DNA of 64,000 nucleotides, the filler included, from Sphacelaria rigidula (lineage: Eukaryota): NCBI GenBank assembly GCA_964200075.2. It is 6 parts of 6 records of this genome, joined end to end, with 100 filler letters (N's around TTAATTAATTAA, not from the genome) between each part and the next. Parts side by side here need not be neighbours in the genome. Positions count along the whole stretch, not along the records: positions 32,061 to 42,646 come from CAXNAA020006238.1; positions 42,747 to 53,332 come from CAXNAA020006239.1; 4 more parts are not named here. The stretch is one strand, 5' to 3'. Positions 34,385 through 46,700 of the stretch are shown one piece after another. The notes under the pieces are model-generated. The model was not told the DNA's origin. It was given only the letters and a program-made list of their open reading frames with translations, and did no database searches. The position numbers were made by a program, and so were the translations under genes. Within the stretch, counting starts at the first letter, position 1; each line of letters starts with the position of its first letter.

Positions 34385-37300
34385 CTCGTCGAAGGAGTAG
34401 TCCCGATATCTCCCCCAGAAGGCGCTGTCTCGCCACTTGGACGCCGGGAAACAAACGCTGCCGATACCGTGGAACACTCTGGCAACCGCCCTCGCCAACA
34501 TCGGCACATCCTGTCGTCGAGAAGTTCCGAAGAGTTATTGCGAAATTTCAGTACTCGATCAAGCTGGTTAGTAGTGCCATGGAGGGAGAGCACCTGACCA
34601 TTGAACTTCCACTGTTGTCATTCCTCTGGCGAATCGTGTATACGGCATTCACCCTAAAAAAACACTCGAGGAGTCTCTGGAACCTGCTACAAAAGCATTG
34701 GTTCGGTTGCAATGTTTTACAGCTCCTTCAAAACTTGGGTAATGACAAAACCGTTTGTCGATCCCGGGGCGGATCCGCGAACACGTATAACTTATTTTGT
34801 TTGCATGAATACACGCAGAACAATCACGAAAGCGACAAGCTGATCCCAGAGAAGGACATTAAAAGGTCTCCGGGACGAACAGCACCAACATCAGCAATGC
34901 GTAGCTCAAAACGCAGGCTCCCTGCAACCGTACAATCACCTAGTAGTGCGACACGCACGCTGATCAGTCATTACAGCACTCTCATCGTTTTACACAAAGC
35001 TGGCACACCAAATACGGCCCCCTGCCTTGTTGGCGGTAGTTTGGAGACGGTTTTGGAACGAACGTGAACATAAACGCGGGCTTCCTCGATTGTTCTGAAA
35101 TTTGATGTGCGCGCTGGGGACATCGACGAGAGAAAAGAATACCTGCGTTGGCATTAAACCCGTCGTTCTTAGAAAGCCACGCCCTGTGTCAATAATAAGT
35201 GAAACGTCCAACATCATTACTATTTTCAAGCCATTGGCAATTTGGGTATCTTGGATTCTCCGCTCGAGGTTTGGGAGCTGGGGCCTGAAATTTGAAGGAA
35301 AGGTGTGGAACGACAATTCGAAATCCTTCATCACCGTAGCTTTATTTGAATTGCTTTTTTCGGCGATGATGAAATACGGAATTTCCTTCCTTAAATTCAA
35401 TCAAATGGCTCGATTCCCCCTCCCCCCCTTCCCTACGAGATAAGGGGTAGGCACGGAAGTAGTGAAACGACCCCCCTCCCGCTCTGCCCGCCTGAAACGT
35501 ACGGTAGGGAAGGCTTCCGAATGGCACGCTCGCTACCTTACTCAAAACTCCACGTTCGAACTCTTTATCCTTAGGAAAAATATCCCTGGGGACATTTGAA
35601 TCCTCATCGGTTTCGTTACTGAGTACATCATGTCCGCATGTCGATCTCACCCCCACCGTGCTCACCACGCCACTCACGCACCCCAATCCCGTGATTGCTG
35701 AACGCCAACAAATAACGACTGAACAACGACACAAATTGCAAACGCCCACATATACTCCAGAGCCTTCCGACCCCGCTTCGCAATGAAGCACCCCTGGGCC
35801 ATCCACAAAAGACAAGACACGACATCTCACTTTCAGCAGCCACGCGTGCGCTGCCATACCAGACACCCCGTCTCTCCCCCCTCCTCCTCCTCTTGCGCCC
35901 GCTCCACCGCGGAGACCACTCGTTCTGCCGGTGGATGTATCGAAGAAACCTAGGCCTCCGCCGTCGCCGCCATACCCGTCGTCGAACCCCGCATCCAAGC
36001 GGCCCCGGAAAGAGGGGTCGCTCACTAGCACCGAGGCATCCCGCACCAGCAGCTCGCACGCGCGATCTGCCAGGGCTTGGTGAGGAAGGGGACGAGCTGG
36101 TGGTTGGCACTGTAGTTGCTGCTCTTGTTCGCCTGAAGGAGGTGCTTGGGTGGTGGTGATGTCGGTGTTGTTGACGGCAACCATGGTGTTTTTGGGAGAT
36201 GATAGTGTGCTGTCAGGGTCCGGTTCCACTAATGAGTAGCCGTTGTCGTTGTGGGTGTCGCGTGATGCCCCCCCGACGTCGCCGCTGCTCGAAGGGGTGC
36301 TATTCTTGGTACCACTGCTGCCGGAGAAGCTCTTGTCAACGGCGTGTCCACTGACGGTTTCCGATCCAACACTTGCCGCCGCGACCGCTGCTACTGCCGC
36401 CGCCGGACCCTGATCGAAATAGCGGCTGATCGTAGCGTGGAGCAACCCTGCCGGTTGGTCATCGCCGCCGTCGGCAGAAGTCGATTGCGACGAACCGATC
36501 CGACTGAAAGAAGCGCTCGTTGACCTGCCGCCGCCACTGGGGTCCTTACCGCCTACGGCCTCCGCTGAGAGCGCGCGATAGATAGATTCCACCTACGTAC
36601 AGGGTAGTGGGAACAAGGCGACGTCCAGATGGATAGCACGCGCGTGGGTCGCAAGATTTGGGGTTTGGGTTATGCTGGTTCAAGATCAGGACGCCGGCCG
36701 GCCAAGAGAGAAGCCTTCGAGGGATTGTTCTGCCAAGGGCTTCTTCGAAACCGAAGATGCGACCGTGATGCGTTGGCATGAACAGCGCGCTCACGACGAG
36801 CGTCAACCTCTTGCACGTCCCGTCACAAAGCCATTTGTGTCATGGCGAGGAATTTTCAAATCAAAACTTTGGGCTCGTCGTGTGTGTTTCATGTTGGGGA
36901 AGCGGTGGGTTGATTTGCGCACTTCTTCGAGGTCAACGCTAAACAGCAATGACAATTCGTGTACCTTCCGAGCTTCTGATGACTCAGCGCCGGCCAGGGT
37001 GCGGTACAGGTCGAGGCATATGCTCTCGAGTCCCCGTGCAGTCAGGCTCTTGAGGAGAGTAATGTGATAGCTGCGCTGGGAGAGAGAGTAGTCCACCTCC
37101 CCCTCAAGCTGTAGTCTGCACCGCCAAAAACGAACACAGATGACATGCACTTAGCGAAATACCCCGGCTGAACAGTTTTCGAAAACACCGCCGACAGCAG
37201 TGTTTTGTTCCAGAGTAGTAAACGCAGCGGGGAAGGAGGTGACAGGTTGGCTGACGGATGCTGTTCATGTAGCAAGTACGGCAGGCTGATGTTTGCTGTG

Positions 37301-40300
37301 AATTCCGGCGTCCGACCGACACACGCAAGGGGGAAGAAGCCACCCATCAACGATGTGATTATGATGCTGTTGGCAAGTTTGAATCCTGAAGAGCATTGGG
37401 TGGAGCGAAGCTGCTTATATCGTTTGCGTGCGTGAGTTCCCTGTCAGACCAACGGGTCCGAATTTTCCGTCTCATGTGATGACGAACGAAAACAAAACTG
37501 AAATCACGTGGCTTGCGCATGCCCTAATGATATAACGTAAAACATATAGCCAACATATTCTCATTTGTACGGTAGTGTAAAATCGTACGCATCGCACAGC
37601 CGACTGTAGACGAGGCGACGCATGGTTTCGTGCGGTGGATACGTGCACTTCGATAAAAATAATTCCTACAATAGTTTAAATAATTGAAAAAATACAGTTT
37701 GGTGTCACCGTACGCCATGTGATAGACGGAGAAGAAACAATGCTGCTCGTTTAAAACAAATGTGCTCCTCCATGGTTTTCCAGTGCTTCAGAGGTGGGTA
37801 GAGACGATATTTTGACGGAACAGTGTCTCGGCAGGAAGCAATCGCTCACCTTCTCAGCTCCCTGACAACCACGGTTGGCGCCCAGCCCAAGGCTTCGGAC
37901 AACTGTACCAAGCTTACTTTCGCCGACCCGTGCCCATAGCTATACCTATCCCAAGGACAAGCGGGTAGGGTGTTTTAGGCGGCGATTCGAGAAACCACGA
38001 ACGTGTCGCACGGTGGAAGGATGTGTGTACGCGTTAGCCCGCTTGCGTGCGTACATGTGCAAGTCATTGAGGGGTGGTCTTGAGGCGTGGTCAGGTACCT
38101 CAGGCATAAACGCGCAGCTGAACATGTATTAGATTCAATTCTATGCAGTCAACGACACTTGAAAGCGAGCTCCACGCCGAACAAGCCCGTGATATCAGAT
38201 GTCGAAACCATACCACTCCCCCTCCATCCCGTCGCCCTCCTAGACGACGCGCCCCCTGCCGCTCACCCTGAAGGGCCCTCCGGCAGCCCCTCGACCGTGC
38301 CCAAGCCAAGCAGGAGTCCTATCACGGGCTCCCCTTGGGCCAGAACCACTGGTCTTCGTTTGCGGAAGTGTACGTGAAGCCGATCATCCATCACCGCGTG
38401 CAGTTTCAAGAGCCTAAAGTGAAACATGAAATATCGACAACGGAGTTATGTTTTTGCCATCTCTAGAGCACCCAAAAATAGGGTGACTTCCATGGCAAGT
38501 GTTAAAAGTGTCGTCATCGTGAGAACATGCTCTTGATACAATCGGGTGTGGGACAGAGGACATACGATTTGTTGCCGGTTGTCCGGCTACTTCGCCGCGG
38601 GTGAATAGCCAAATTCGGCATGTACCGTTGCTGGATGCAGCAAATGAGTACAGGCTACGTCTGCAGTCTCCCCCGTTCCCGACACGGAACACGGCCGTGG
38701 GAGACACCTGTCTCGCGGGACTTCCGCATTCACCGCCTCAAGCGTATGAGGCATGAAAACGTCGCACGAAACGTATGGACTTGCCACGCAAGATGAAGCC
38801 TCGAAAGTTAGCATTTGACTCGCGCAAAAATGGTAAATTCACCAACAGTCCTCGCACTGTGTAACCTGAGCGGTGATCCAAACCTTTTCAAGGTCCAGCT
38901 ATATCCACAGACGTATGTGTGTACACACACATGTACATATTCAACACATACAACAGTTCATGTCTACGCTCGATCGTACTGCCATGTCATACGTGTCGAC
39001 CTACCGGTACGGCTCTCCTTCCAGCACCGACAGCACAGTCTCCACTACCTCTCCCCCAACGTCAAGCTTAGACTCTAGGTCAACCACTGAAAGGGCCTTC
39101 TGCGTGCCTGCTCCGCTGTCAGTCTCCTCCGCGGGCTCCTGCCCCCCGACACCCCCTGTTCCTCCACCTCTATCTGCTATCAGCCCGCACCCGTCACCTG
39201 CTGCTGATCCGCCTCCACCAACACTCGATATTAGCCCGCTTTCAGCACTTGCTGCCGACCCGCCCCCGCCGGTTGTTATCGGCCCGCTGTCGAGTTGTGC
39301 CGCTACTGCATCGGCTTGTCGCACGCTCGTGGCGTTTAGCTGCGTGGCTAACGACGACGCTGGTTCCGGCTGAACGTCGCCGACGATGCCGCGCATTAAT
39401 CCGCGGACCTAGAGGTATTCATGAATTTGCACAATTAAGAACCAATGCATGGGCTCTTCGAGTGACACGAGGGTATCCTCGAGTCCTCTACAGGTACTTG
39501 TAGGATTCGTCCATTCCCCCTGGTTTTGCACACCTCACCCGTCCCACCAACCTCCGTTTCCTCCGTACACCGACACGTTCGTCATTTCAGCTTCAGCGTG
39601 AGTTGTTGTTGGCAATACCCGTTGTCGCCGGCCGGCGGTGAGGATTTTCCGCGACTTTTTCACTCTCAATGTCGTGTGTTACCGTGCCTGTTGGCTGCCA
39701 CCTCCACATCGCACTTCCCGAAAGAGGCACTTCGTGCGCATGCTAAGTATACCATGGGTGCTTCATGTATCATGGGGACTTCGTGAGACACATCCGGGGA
39801 TAGAACTTCGACTATTTTTGGCATCGTTTCGGCACCCACAGTACGGTCTTCGTGTACGTTGTTTGCCACCTCCGATGCGTCACACGGGGGTATTGTGGTG
39901 AGTAAGCCATGGTGTTGCGATGGTACAGATCGTGCACATGTACTCAAGTTATGTCGGATGACCCACCAGTTTTGCGACCCGCCAAACTGTTTGCCGGTGC
40001 ACTTGACTTTTTTTTGTAGTAATGGAGCTCGGCTTCGAACTCACGACCTTCCAACTCCATGGTGACTCAATTTTTCTTCACGGCGCCGTTGTGAAGGGTG
40101 TTTGAATAATACTCATCTGGCAAGTTTGGAAGCCGTTTCCTTCGGTAGGTAGATTTCCTCAAGGCTTACCAGTGTCACAATTGGGGGGGGGAAACATGTT
40201 CAACATTTGATCATTAGAAATTGCGGGAGATTTTGCACGAGTCTGATCATGACATTACCACGAAGCGCTTCAATTCCGTTATCGTTTCAAGTGTCCATCA

Positions 40301-42020
40301 GTCGAAGTAATATCATGTTCACATGGCAGCTGATCGCCAGACATGATTAATCTGATGGCGCTCGAACGGTTACACAGAGCACGCCATTTGCCCATGCTAC
40401 TACCCTAGTGCAACTGCAGCTGTCAGCAGTCCATTACCGCAGACTAGAGCAAAAGATCACAAAGGCAACCGTTGATACCATGAAAGCACCACACTGTTGC
40501 TGAGGGCCGTTAATCGAAGAATCCTGTCTGCTCATATCGGTTGTTGATTATGTCCCTAGTCGGTGGCTCTACGGTGCCCACTGGTGTATGTCTGTATCTA
40601 CTCTGCTGCCCTGAACCCCTGGGGCTTTTTTCCGGGGGGATTTCTTCTGTTTTGCTCTCGTTTTTCCGTTTTTGTTTTGTATAAGATCGGCCATTTCTTC
40701 CTGGGCTTTGCTTTTGTCGACTTCTTGTCCATTTTTTTCTTTCACGCCTCCGTCTATGTCGTTCTGCTCGACTCTTTCTGTTCTTTCCTTTTTCTTCAGC
40801 GAGTGTTTCAGCGTGCCTTCAGCATCACGTCCACGTCCGCAACCCACAGGAGATTTTACGTATGCCGTAGCTGCCTCCCATATTCTTGGGCAGGCTTTGT
40901 TTTTCCGACTACAAGAAAAAAAGCGAGGTAGACACACAGAAAATCGAAACGAACATCAAAAAAACACTCTCGCGTTGCTCTCACCTGCACCAGCTCAAGG
41001 CCCTTGGAGTGCGACAAGCTATGGTGCACGATAAAATCGCGATCGCACAACAGCAAGCAACAATGGGCCGGCCTGCCGTCTCTTCCCGCTCGTCCGATCT
41101 CCTGAAAATCAGTTTCAATTCGAATTTGAATGCGGAGATAAATGAGCAGGGCAGGTTTGGGTTTGGGTTTGGGTTTGGGGGGGAGTAAGGCATGGTCTAC
41201 ATGTGCGCGCTTGGCGTGTGTGTTCTGTGGATCACCGCCCGGTCTGTAGTGTCGACGCCGCGTGATATTTTCTAGTGTTTGTATGCCACTTGCAACACAG
41301 TGTGTACACTTCCTCTGTCTCATAAGTCTGGGAAGTTATCTGGTTACGAGCCCTTGATCGTGTCTGATTTGATTTTCGACTTCTTTATTGCAGTCGTTGG
41401 CGATTTTTTAGCTAAAAACGACACTCTTTTTACAACGTGGGTGCTCGACGCGTGCAGTCTCGCTGTCGAGAAAGAGTAGGTCGGCCAAAAAACGGCAATT
41501 TTTCGCTCTTTTTCCCAGTGAGCTTGGGGGATCCGGGAACACGAAAAATCGCGAAAAAACGTGAAAATCGCAGAAGAAGCACTGACTTTGGATATCTCCG
41601 TGACGTTAACCTACGCACGCCCCATCAAACATATTTTCAGCATGTAATCGCCACTGTTTGACGTGAAAACGTCCAAAATTGGTCAATATTGGGGTATCCG
41701 TGGACCAAAAATGGGCCAAAATGAGCATATTTTGACGTCATTTTAGTACGGACAACTGACTTTTTCTTCATTTTTTTTCATCAGTTTCGTTGGCGCTTCA
41801 TCTTTCCAACGAACCCAACGATTAAAAGCCCATAAATTCCCAGACTTATGAGACAGAGGCAAGTATCTAGGAGAGGCATGTCCTCCAGCTTTTTTCAACT
41901 AGGTGTGCATTTGGATTTGAACAAGGTGATAGTGAATAATGACGCGGAGTGCACTGAAACAAACGATGACAAGGAAAACAGTACAGCTCGTCTGTCCGTC
42001 AGCATCTGCGCGCGGGTGAC

Positions 42021-42052
<32 letters not shown>

Positions 42053-42269
42053 AACCAAGACATACCTCATACGACACACGGCACACGACACAAAATACGA
42101 CCGCGCACCTGAACGTAGTTTTCTATGCTTTTCGGCATGTCGAAGTGGATGACCCCGCGAATTTCCCGCATGTCCACGCCCAGCCCGAAAGCCACGGTAG
42201 CGACCACGACTCTGGCGGTGCCCCTCGTGAACGAGTTTTGCGCCTTTTGGCGTGCCCCGGCCTCCATAC
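34385..42269 (-). CDS. RECQL4: RecQ-family DNA helicase, RECQL4-like, 3' half. Exons 42269-42109, 41101-40985, 39408-39005, 38413-38267, 37945-37850, 37115-36965, 36592-35831, 34510-34385; 5' exons missing, probably in or beyond the gap at 42647
   Basis: Helicase motifs [45 protein letters not shown]; RecQ4-type C-terminal motifs [31 protein letters not shown] and [30 protein letters not shown]; splice phases are consistent. Confidence 0.9.
41309..41863. mobile_element. Stowaway-like (Tc1/mariner) MITE in a RECQL4 intron
   Basis: TIR cttcctctgtctcataagtctgggaa / ttcccagacttatgagacagaggcaag, resembling the Stowaway CTCCCTCCGT consensus; TA on the right, CA on the left. Confidence 0.8.
42021..42051. 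repeat. (CAA)n microsatellite
   Basis: Seen directly. Confidence 0.9.
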
Positions 42270-42508
42270 CTGTGGTGGCAAGGGTTTCCGTGGAGGGCAG
42301 ATTTGGATCAATGTTCGAAAGGGTCAGGATAAAGGCTCGAGAAGGCTCGGCGTCTGGGGGGGCTAGACTACTGCAGGGAGGAATTATGGAAGAAGATGGG
42401 ACGGCGGCTCAAGTGCTCTCAGTAGAGCATGTAGCACACTTGAAAGCAAACACGCACATGGCTTCTGACAACGCTTTTCACCCGCGAGGAATGTGAGGGA
42501 GAATCAAT

Positions 42509-42646
42509 GAGTGACACTTTTTACGATAGCCCCCCCCCAGAAGTGCATGGTTTTGGGAGGCAAAATCTTCACCAAAATCGAAATGGGAAACGCCGAGCGC
42601 AACGAGAAGCTGGGAATTCCCACACTTGGGTTAGTTCTAGCCAATG
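42509..42646 (+). mobile_element. MITE family D, left part, truncated by the assembly gap
   Basis: Homologous to 14575-14720 (..caacgagaagctgggaattcccacacttgggtt..). Confidence 0.65.
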
Positions 42647-43767
42647 NNNNNNNNNNNNNNNNNNNNNNNNNNNNNNNNNNNNNNNNNNNNTTAATTAATT
42701 AANNNNNNNNNNNNNNNNNNNNNNNNNNNNNNNNNNNNNNNNNNNNGGTCTCCGGCGGAGTTTGGGGGGGGAAGATACTTTCGCTCTGTGTTACTATTTC
42801 GTATCTTCCCTGCAATGGAGGGATGGGACAACCTCATATTATGTTTCAACCCAAAAAGTTAGGATCGGCTGTTAAATATTGACCGGCGCATTCGCCTGCA
42901 AACTTCCAATCCGCATCTAGACTGGCCCATCTCGTACACTGTTGGGCATGGTGCGAGAAAAAATGCCATGATCGCTCCGATTGTTTTGAACGCACGACCC
43001 AACAGTCAAAAGGTTCCGAGGTTACTAACTGAGCCGGGGCGACCGGCTTTATGATGGGTGCGGCCCATCTAACCCGGGAGAGAGAGCGTAGGTAATAGCT
43101 TCTCACTCGACGTGAGGGACACGGGGTATATGGGAACGTGACGTAGGCTTAAAGTTGGTATATCTTGCGAATGCAGGGCTTAGGGCAAGGAGATGAGCTG
43201 AGATGGTGAGCGCGGGGGCTCCTCGCCCTGAGCAACTGGTGGGCAGTACGAGTTTGCCAGTAGCCCGCCGGCTGGAGATTGGAGGATGACAAGGGTGAAG
43301 TTGACATGCCGGGGTCATTGGTCAGCCGAGCGGGCCACAACGAGGCGACAATCACAGAAAATTTGACAAATTCCTTACGTGGTCACCTAGTGAGGTAGTA
43401 GTAAGTAGCAGACTGGTTTCGACGGACATCTACGCTGCTCTGTACTGCCTAAAATGGTCTGTGGGTCTGAGTCCCCCACGGGGGCGAATATTACCAAAAA
43501 GGAAATCCGCGTTGATACCGGTCATTTGACCCGCAGCATCATACCACCCGCTCTTGTCGAGGTTCTCGCCAGTAGAGTTGTACAAAAGAATATCTTGCTC
43601 ATCGGGAAATTTCCCTGGAGGTGTGGTATATTCCCTCACTGATCTCGTGCACTCTGCCAGGCAAAGCTGTCAAGGGGGTGATAAATAAAACAAAAACTCG
43701 GACACCCAGGCGCAACACAGAAAAACACCGCAGTATCATACAGGGATACTCCCTGGAAGGAGACGCC

Positions 43768-46700
43768 ATGTCCCTCTCGTCCGTCCTCTGGGCGTTGACT
43801 AGGCTGATCCTTGCTTTGATCCTATCAAGATGTTCGGTGATCAGTGCTGGCTCTGGTGAGCTGTTCCGATGCGAGCGCGAGGAGGACTTGGACGGCACTG
43901 CATGTCGAGTCGACATGCTTCCAGATGAAGCCTTGGCAGAGATGATATGGGAAAGGTGAGCGCACGGATCACGACCGCGTGCAGTTGCCGTTTTCTCTGC
44001 TGCTGATGCACTGAATGGTCGTTTGGGTGATACTAGCATGAGATATTTTCTTTTTACGTCTGGTGCTCTCGTGATCTTCGGTACAGGTATTGTGTTTCGA
44101 TTTGTGCGCATCCTTTTTGCCCAGTATACCTTGGCCAGATCTGCTTGTTCTGGACGGAATCGGATGACGCGGCCGCCGCCCGTGTATGGTGCGCTCAAGG
44201 ACTGTAATTATGTCGTGTAGCCATCCAGGAACCCAAGCTTTGGGGCGTAGGACGTACCTGAAAAGATCTGTGCACTTGACGGCATTATGGTTGATGTGCA
44301 CCGAGTCAAAGTGCGATACTCTACAGCCTTCATGCGTATTGCACACAAGAACGCCTTTCGGCTGTGTTTGATGTTGCTGCTGTCGTTGGCAGCTTTGCGG
44401 CGTAGATGCGCTTGATGGGCTCAACCGACATGACACAACATGTTCCCACGACTGGGTGGTGGGTGGGTACTGCACTGCACTTTGTACTGATTGTTGTTTA
44501 CACGCGGTATCGGTGGAAACACGAAGCCCCATTCAAGACATCATATAATTTGGGCCGTGAGAGCGAGTCCTGCAATACATGGCCCGGTCCGCCCCATCGC
44601 GATCGAATGTTCATCGCCCTTTTGCCACGTGTTCATCCCTTGTCCGTTGACCGGCATGGTGTTTTGGGTGCATCGTGCAACGATAGATTAATCCGTTTGC
44701 GACCGACCCACCACTAACACGAGGTTGACCATGTGTTGGTGAAAAAAAAATAATAATAAGTCAAGAAGCGACCTGCCCAATCACGGCAAGGCGAAATTTG
44801 TCGAGCAGACCCGAACGACCAGCGCGGAGACTGTTGCCGAGTGTTATGTCACTGCGAGATCGTGTGGGGGGCTTATCTCTGGCCCAGATAAGCCTTCCCG
44901 GTTTTCCAAAGCCAGAATGCTCGGAGCATGGCTTATTGTATCACTTGCATTCAGTACAGCGTTCCCGGGATTTCCCGGGGGTTTGGGGTCGCCAGCCTAT
45001 ACTAGAACGTAGTAATTACACTAACAAAGGGTGGAGTAGGAATAGCTGGGAGTGTACACGCTACCATGTGGTCATTTTCACGAGGCACTAAACCCAGGTG
45101 GGCCGTGGAAAGACAAGAAGTGCTATCGTCATGAATTCTGTCTATCCCTCTGCCGATGCCTTGCAGTGTGCAGTTAATATATATGTAGTGGGCGGGGATG
45201 AAGAAGGGGTATATAGGCAGTTGATCTCGTAACTGAGGAGTGCCCACAACGTGCTAGGGAGTATGCAGTGGGAGAGGCATACTCCACTGTACTGTACTGT
45301 ATGTATGCGTGCCGCAACGCCGCTACCCTTCGAAGAGAATTTGCCGCATGCAAGAAATAGGGAAATCGCGGTCCACCCCCACCACAAAGGGCTGTGTGGC
45401 AAGGTGATGGAGACAGTAGTGTGATGCAAAGCCACGAGTGGCGGGCGGCCCGCAAGTTGCCGCATCCTGTCGAAAACTCTCTACGGGGACCCATATTGCT
45501 TGCTACATCAGAAGTACATTACCTAATGCACATCTTGCACCTTAACCCTTAGACCGCGAGGGTAATCCATCTGGACCACGCATACTTTTTTCAAGTGAAG
45601 TTATGCCGATTCAACAGATGATCTACTCTCGTTGTCTAAGGGTTGAGCCTTTTGGGACCGGGCCTCCAAAACGACGAAAGAGGCTGATCAGGAATGAAGT
45701 ATCTGGCGTCTGCACGAAATAGTGGCGTGCTGCTGAAAATTCGCGTATGTCACCGCAGGGTTATGATGAAGACCGAAAGTTCCATCCAATCTATTTTCTG
45801 GTGCACGGTGCGCATTAGGTGGTGTACATCTAATGTAGCAAGCAGTAGGGGTCGCGGTAGAGAGCTTCCAACAGGATGCGGCGACCGGCGGGCNNNNNNN
45901 NNNCGGCGGGCCGCCCGCCACTTGTGGCTTTGCATTACACTACTGTCCCCATCACCTTGCCACACAGCCCTTTGTGGTCGGGGTGGACCGCGATTTCCCT
46001 CTTTCTTGCATGCGGCAAATTTTCTTCAAAGGGTATCAACGTTGCGGCGCGCATGCATACCACGGTAAAACACGGTACAGTGTAGTACGCCTCTCGGACT
46101 GCAGCAGTAGCTGCCGCTGCATACTCCCTTGCACATTCTGGACATTTCTCAGCTACCGAGATCAACTGCCTATATACCGCTTCATCCCCGCCCACTACAT
46201 ACATGTTAACTGCTCACTGGAAGTCATCGGCAGAGGGATGAATTCATGACGGTAGCTCCTTTTGTCTTTCCACGGCCCACCTGGGTTTAGTGCCTCGTGA
46301 AAATGACCACATTTCAGCATGTACACTCCTTCCCGGTTTTCCGGTCGACCCTGTGTTCGTGTAATTACGTTTCGGTATAAAATTGTGAACCAAAAAAAAC
46401 ACCGGAAAACTCGGGAACGCTGTACTGAGTCCAAGTTACATCATATAACCAAGTTCCGACCGCCCTGCACTTGGAAACCTGGGAAGGCTTATCTGGGCCA
46501 GGGATAGGGCCCCCACACGATCTTTGAGTGGCATCACACTCGCCAACAATCCTCGCGCTGGTCGTTCGGGTCTGGTCGATAAATTTTGCCTCGCCGTGGT
46601 TGGGCCGGTCGCTCGAAGACTTTTTTTTTTATGATTTCACTAGCACAGGGTCAACCTTGTGTTAGTGGGGGGTCGGTCCCAAAGGGTTGAAATAGATTGG

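Noticed and set aside
34141-35067. 308-aa plus-strand ORF
   Set aside because: It has no recognisable motifs and overlaps a well-supported RECQL4 exon on the opposite strand.
37503-37723. Possible MITE with atcac(g/a)tggc termini
   Set aside because: The inverted match is short and imperfect, and there is no second copy or clear TSD.
41154-41178. (GGGTTT)n as a telomeric remnant
   Set aside because: It is a short intronic simple repeat with a different unit from TTAGGG and no associated TIRs.
43430-43639. Minus-strand 69-aa ORF as the first exon of RECQL4
   Set aside because: It has no RecQ4 or Sld2-like similarity that I can recognise, and a gap separates it from the gene.
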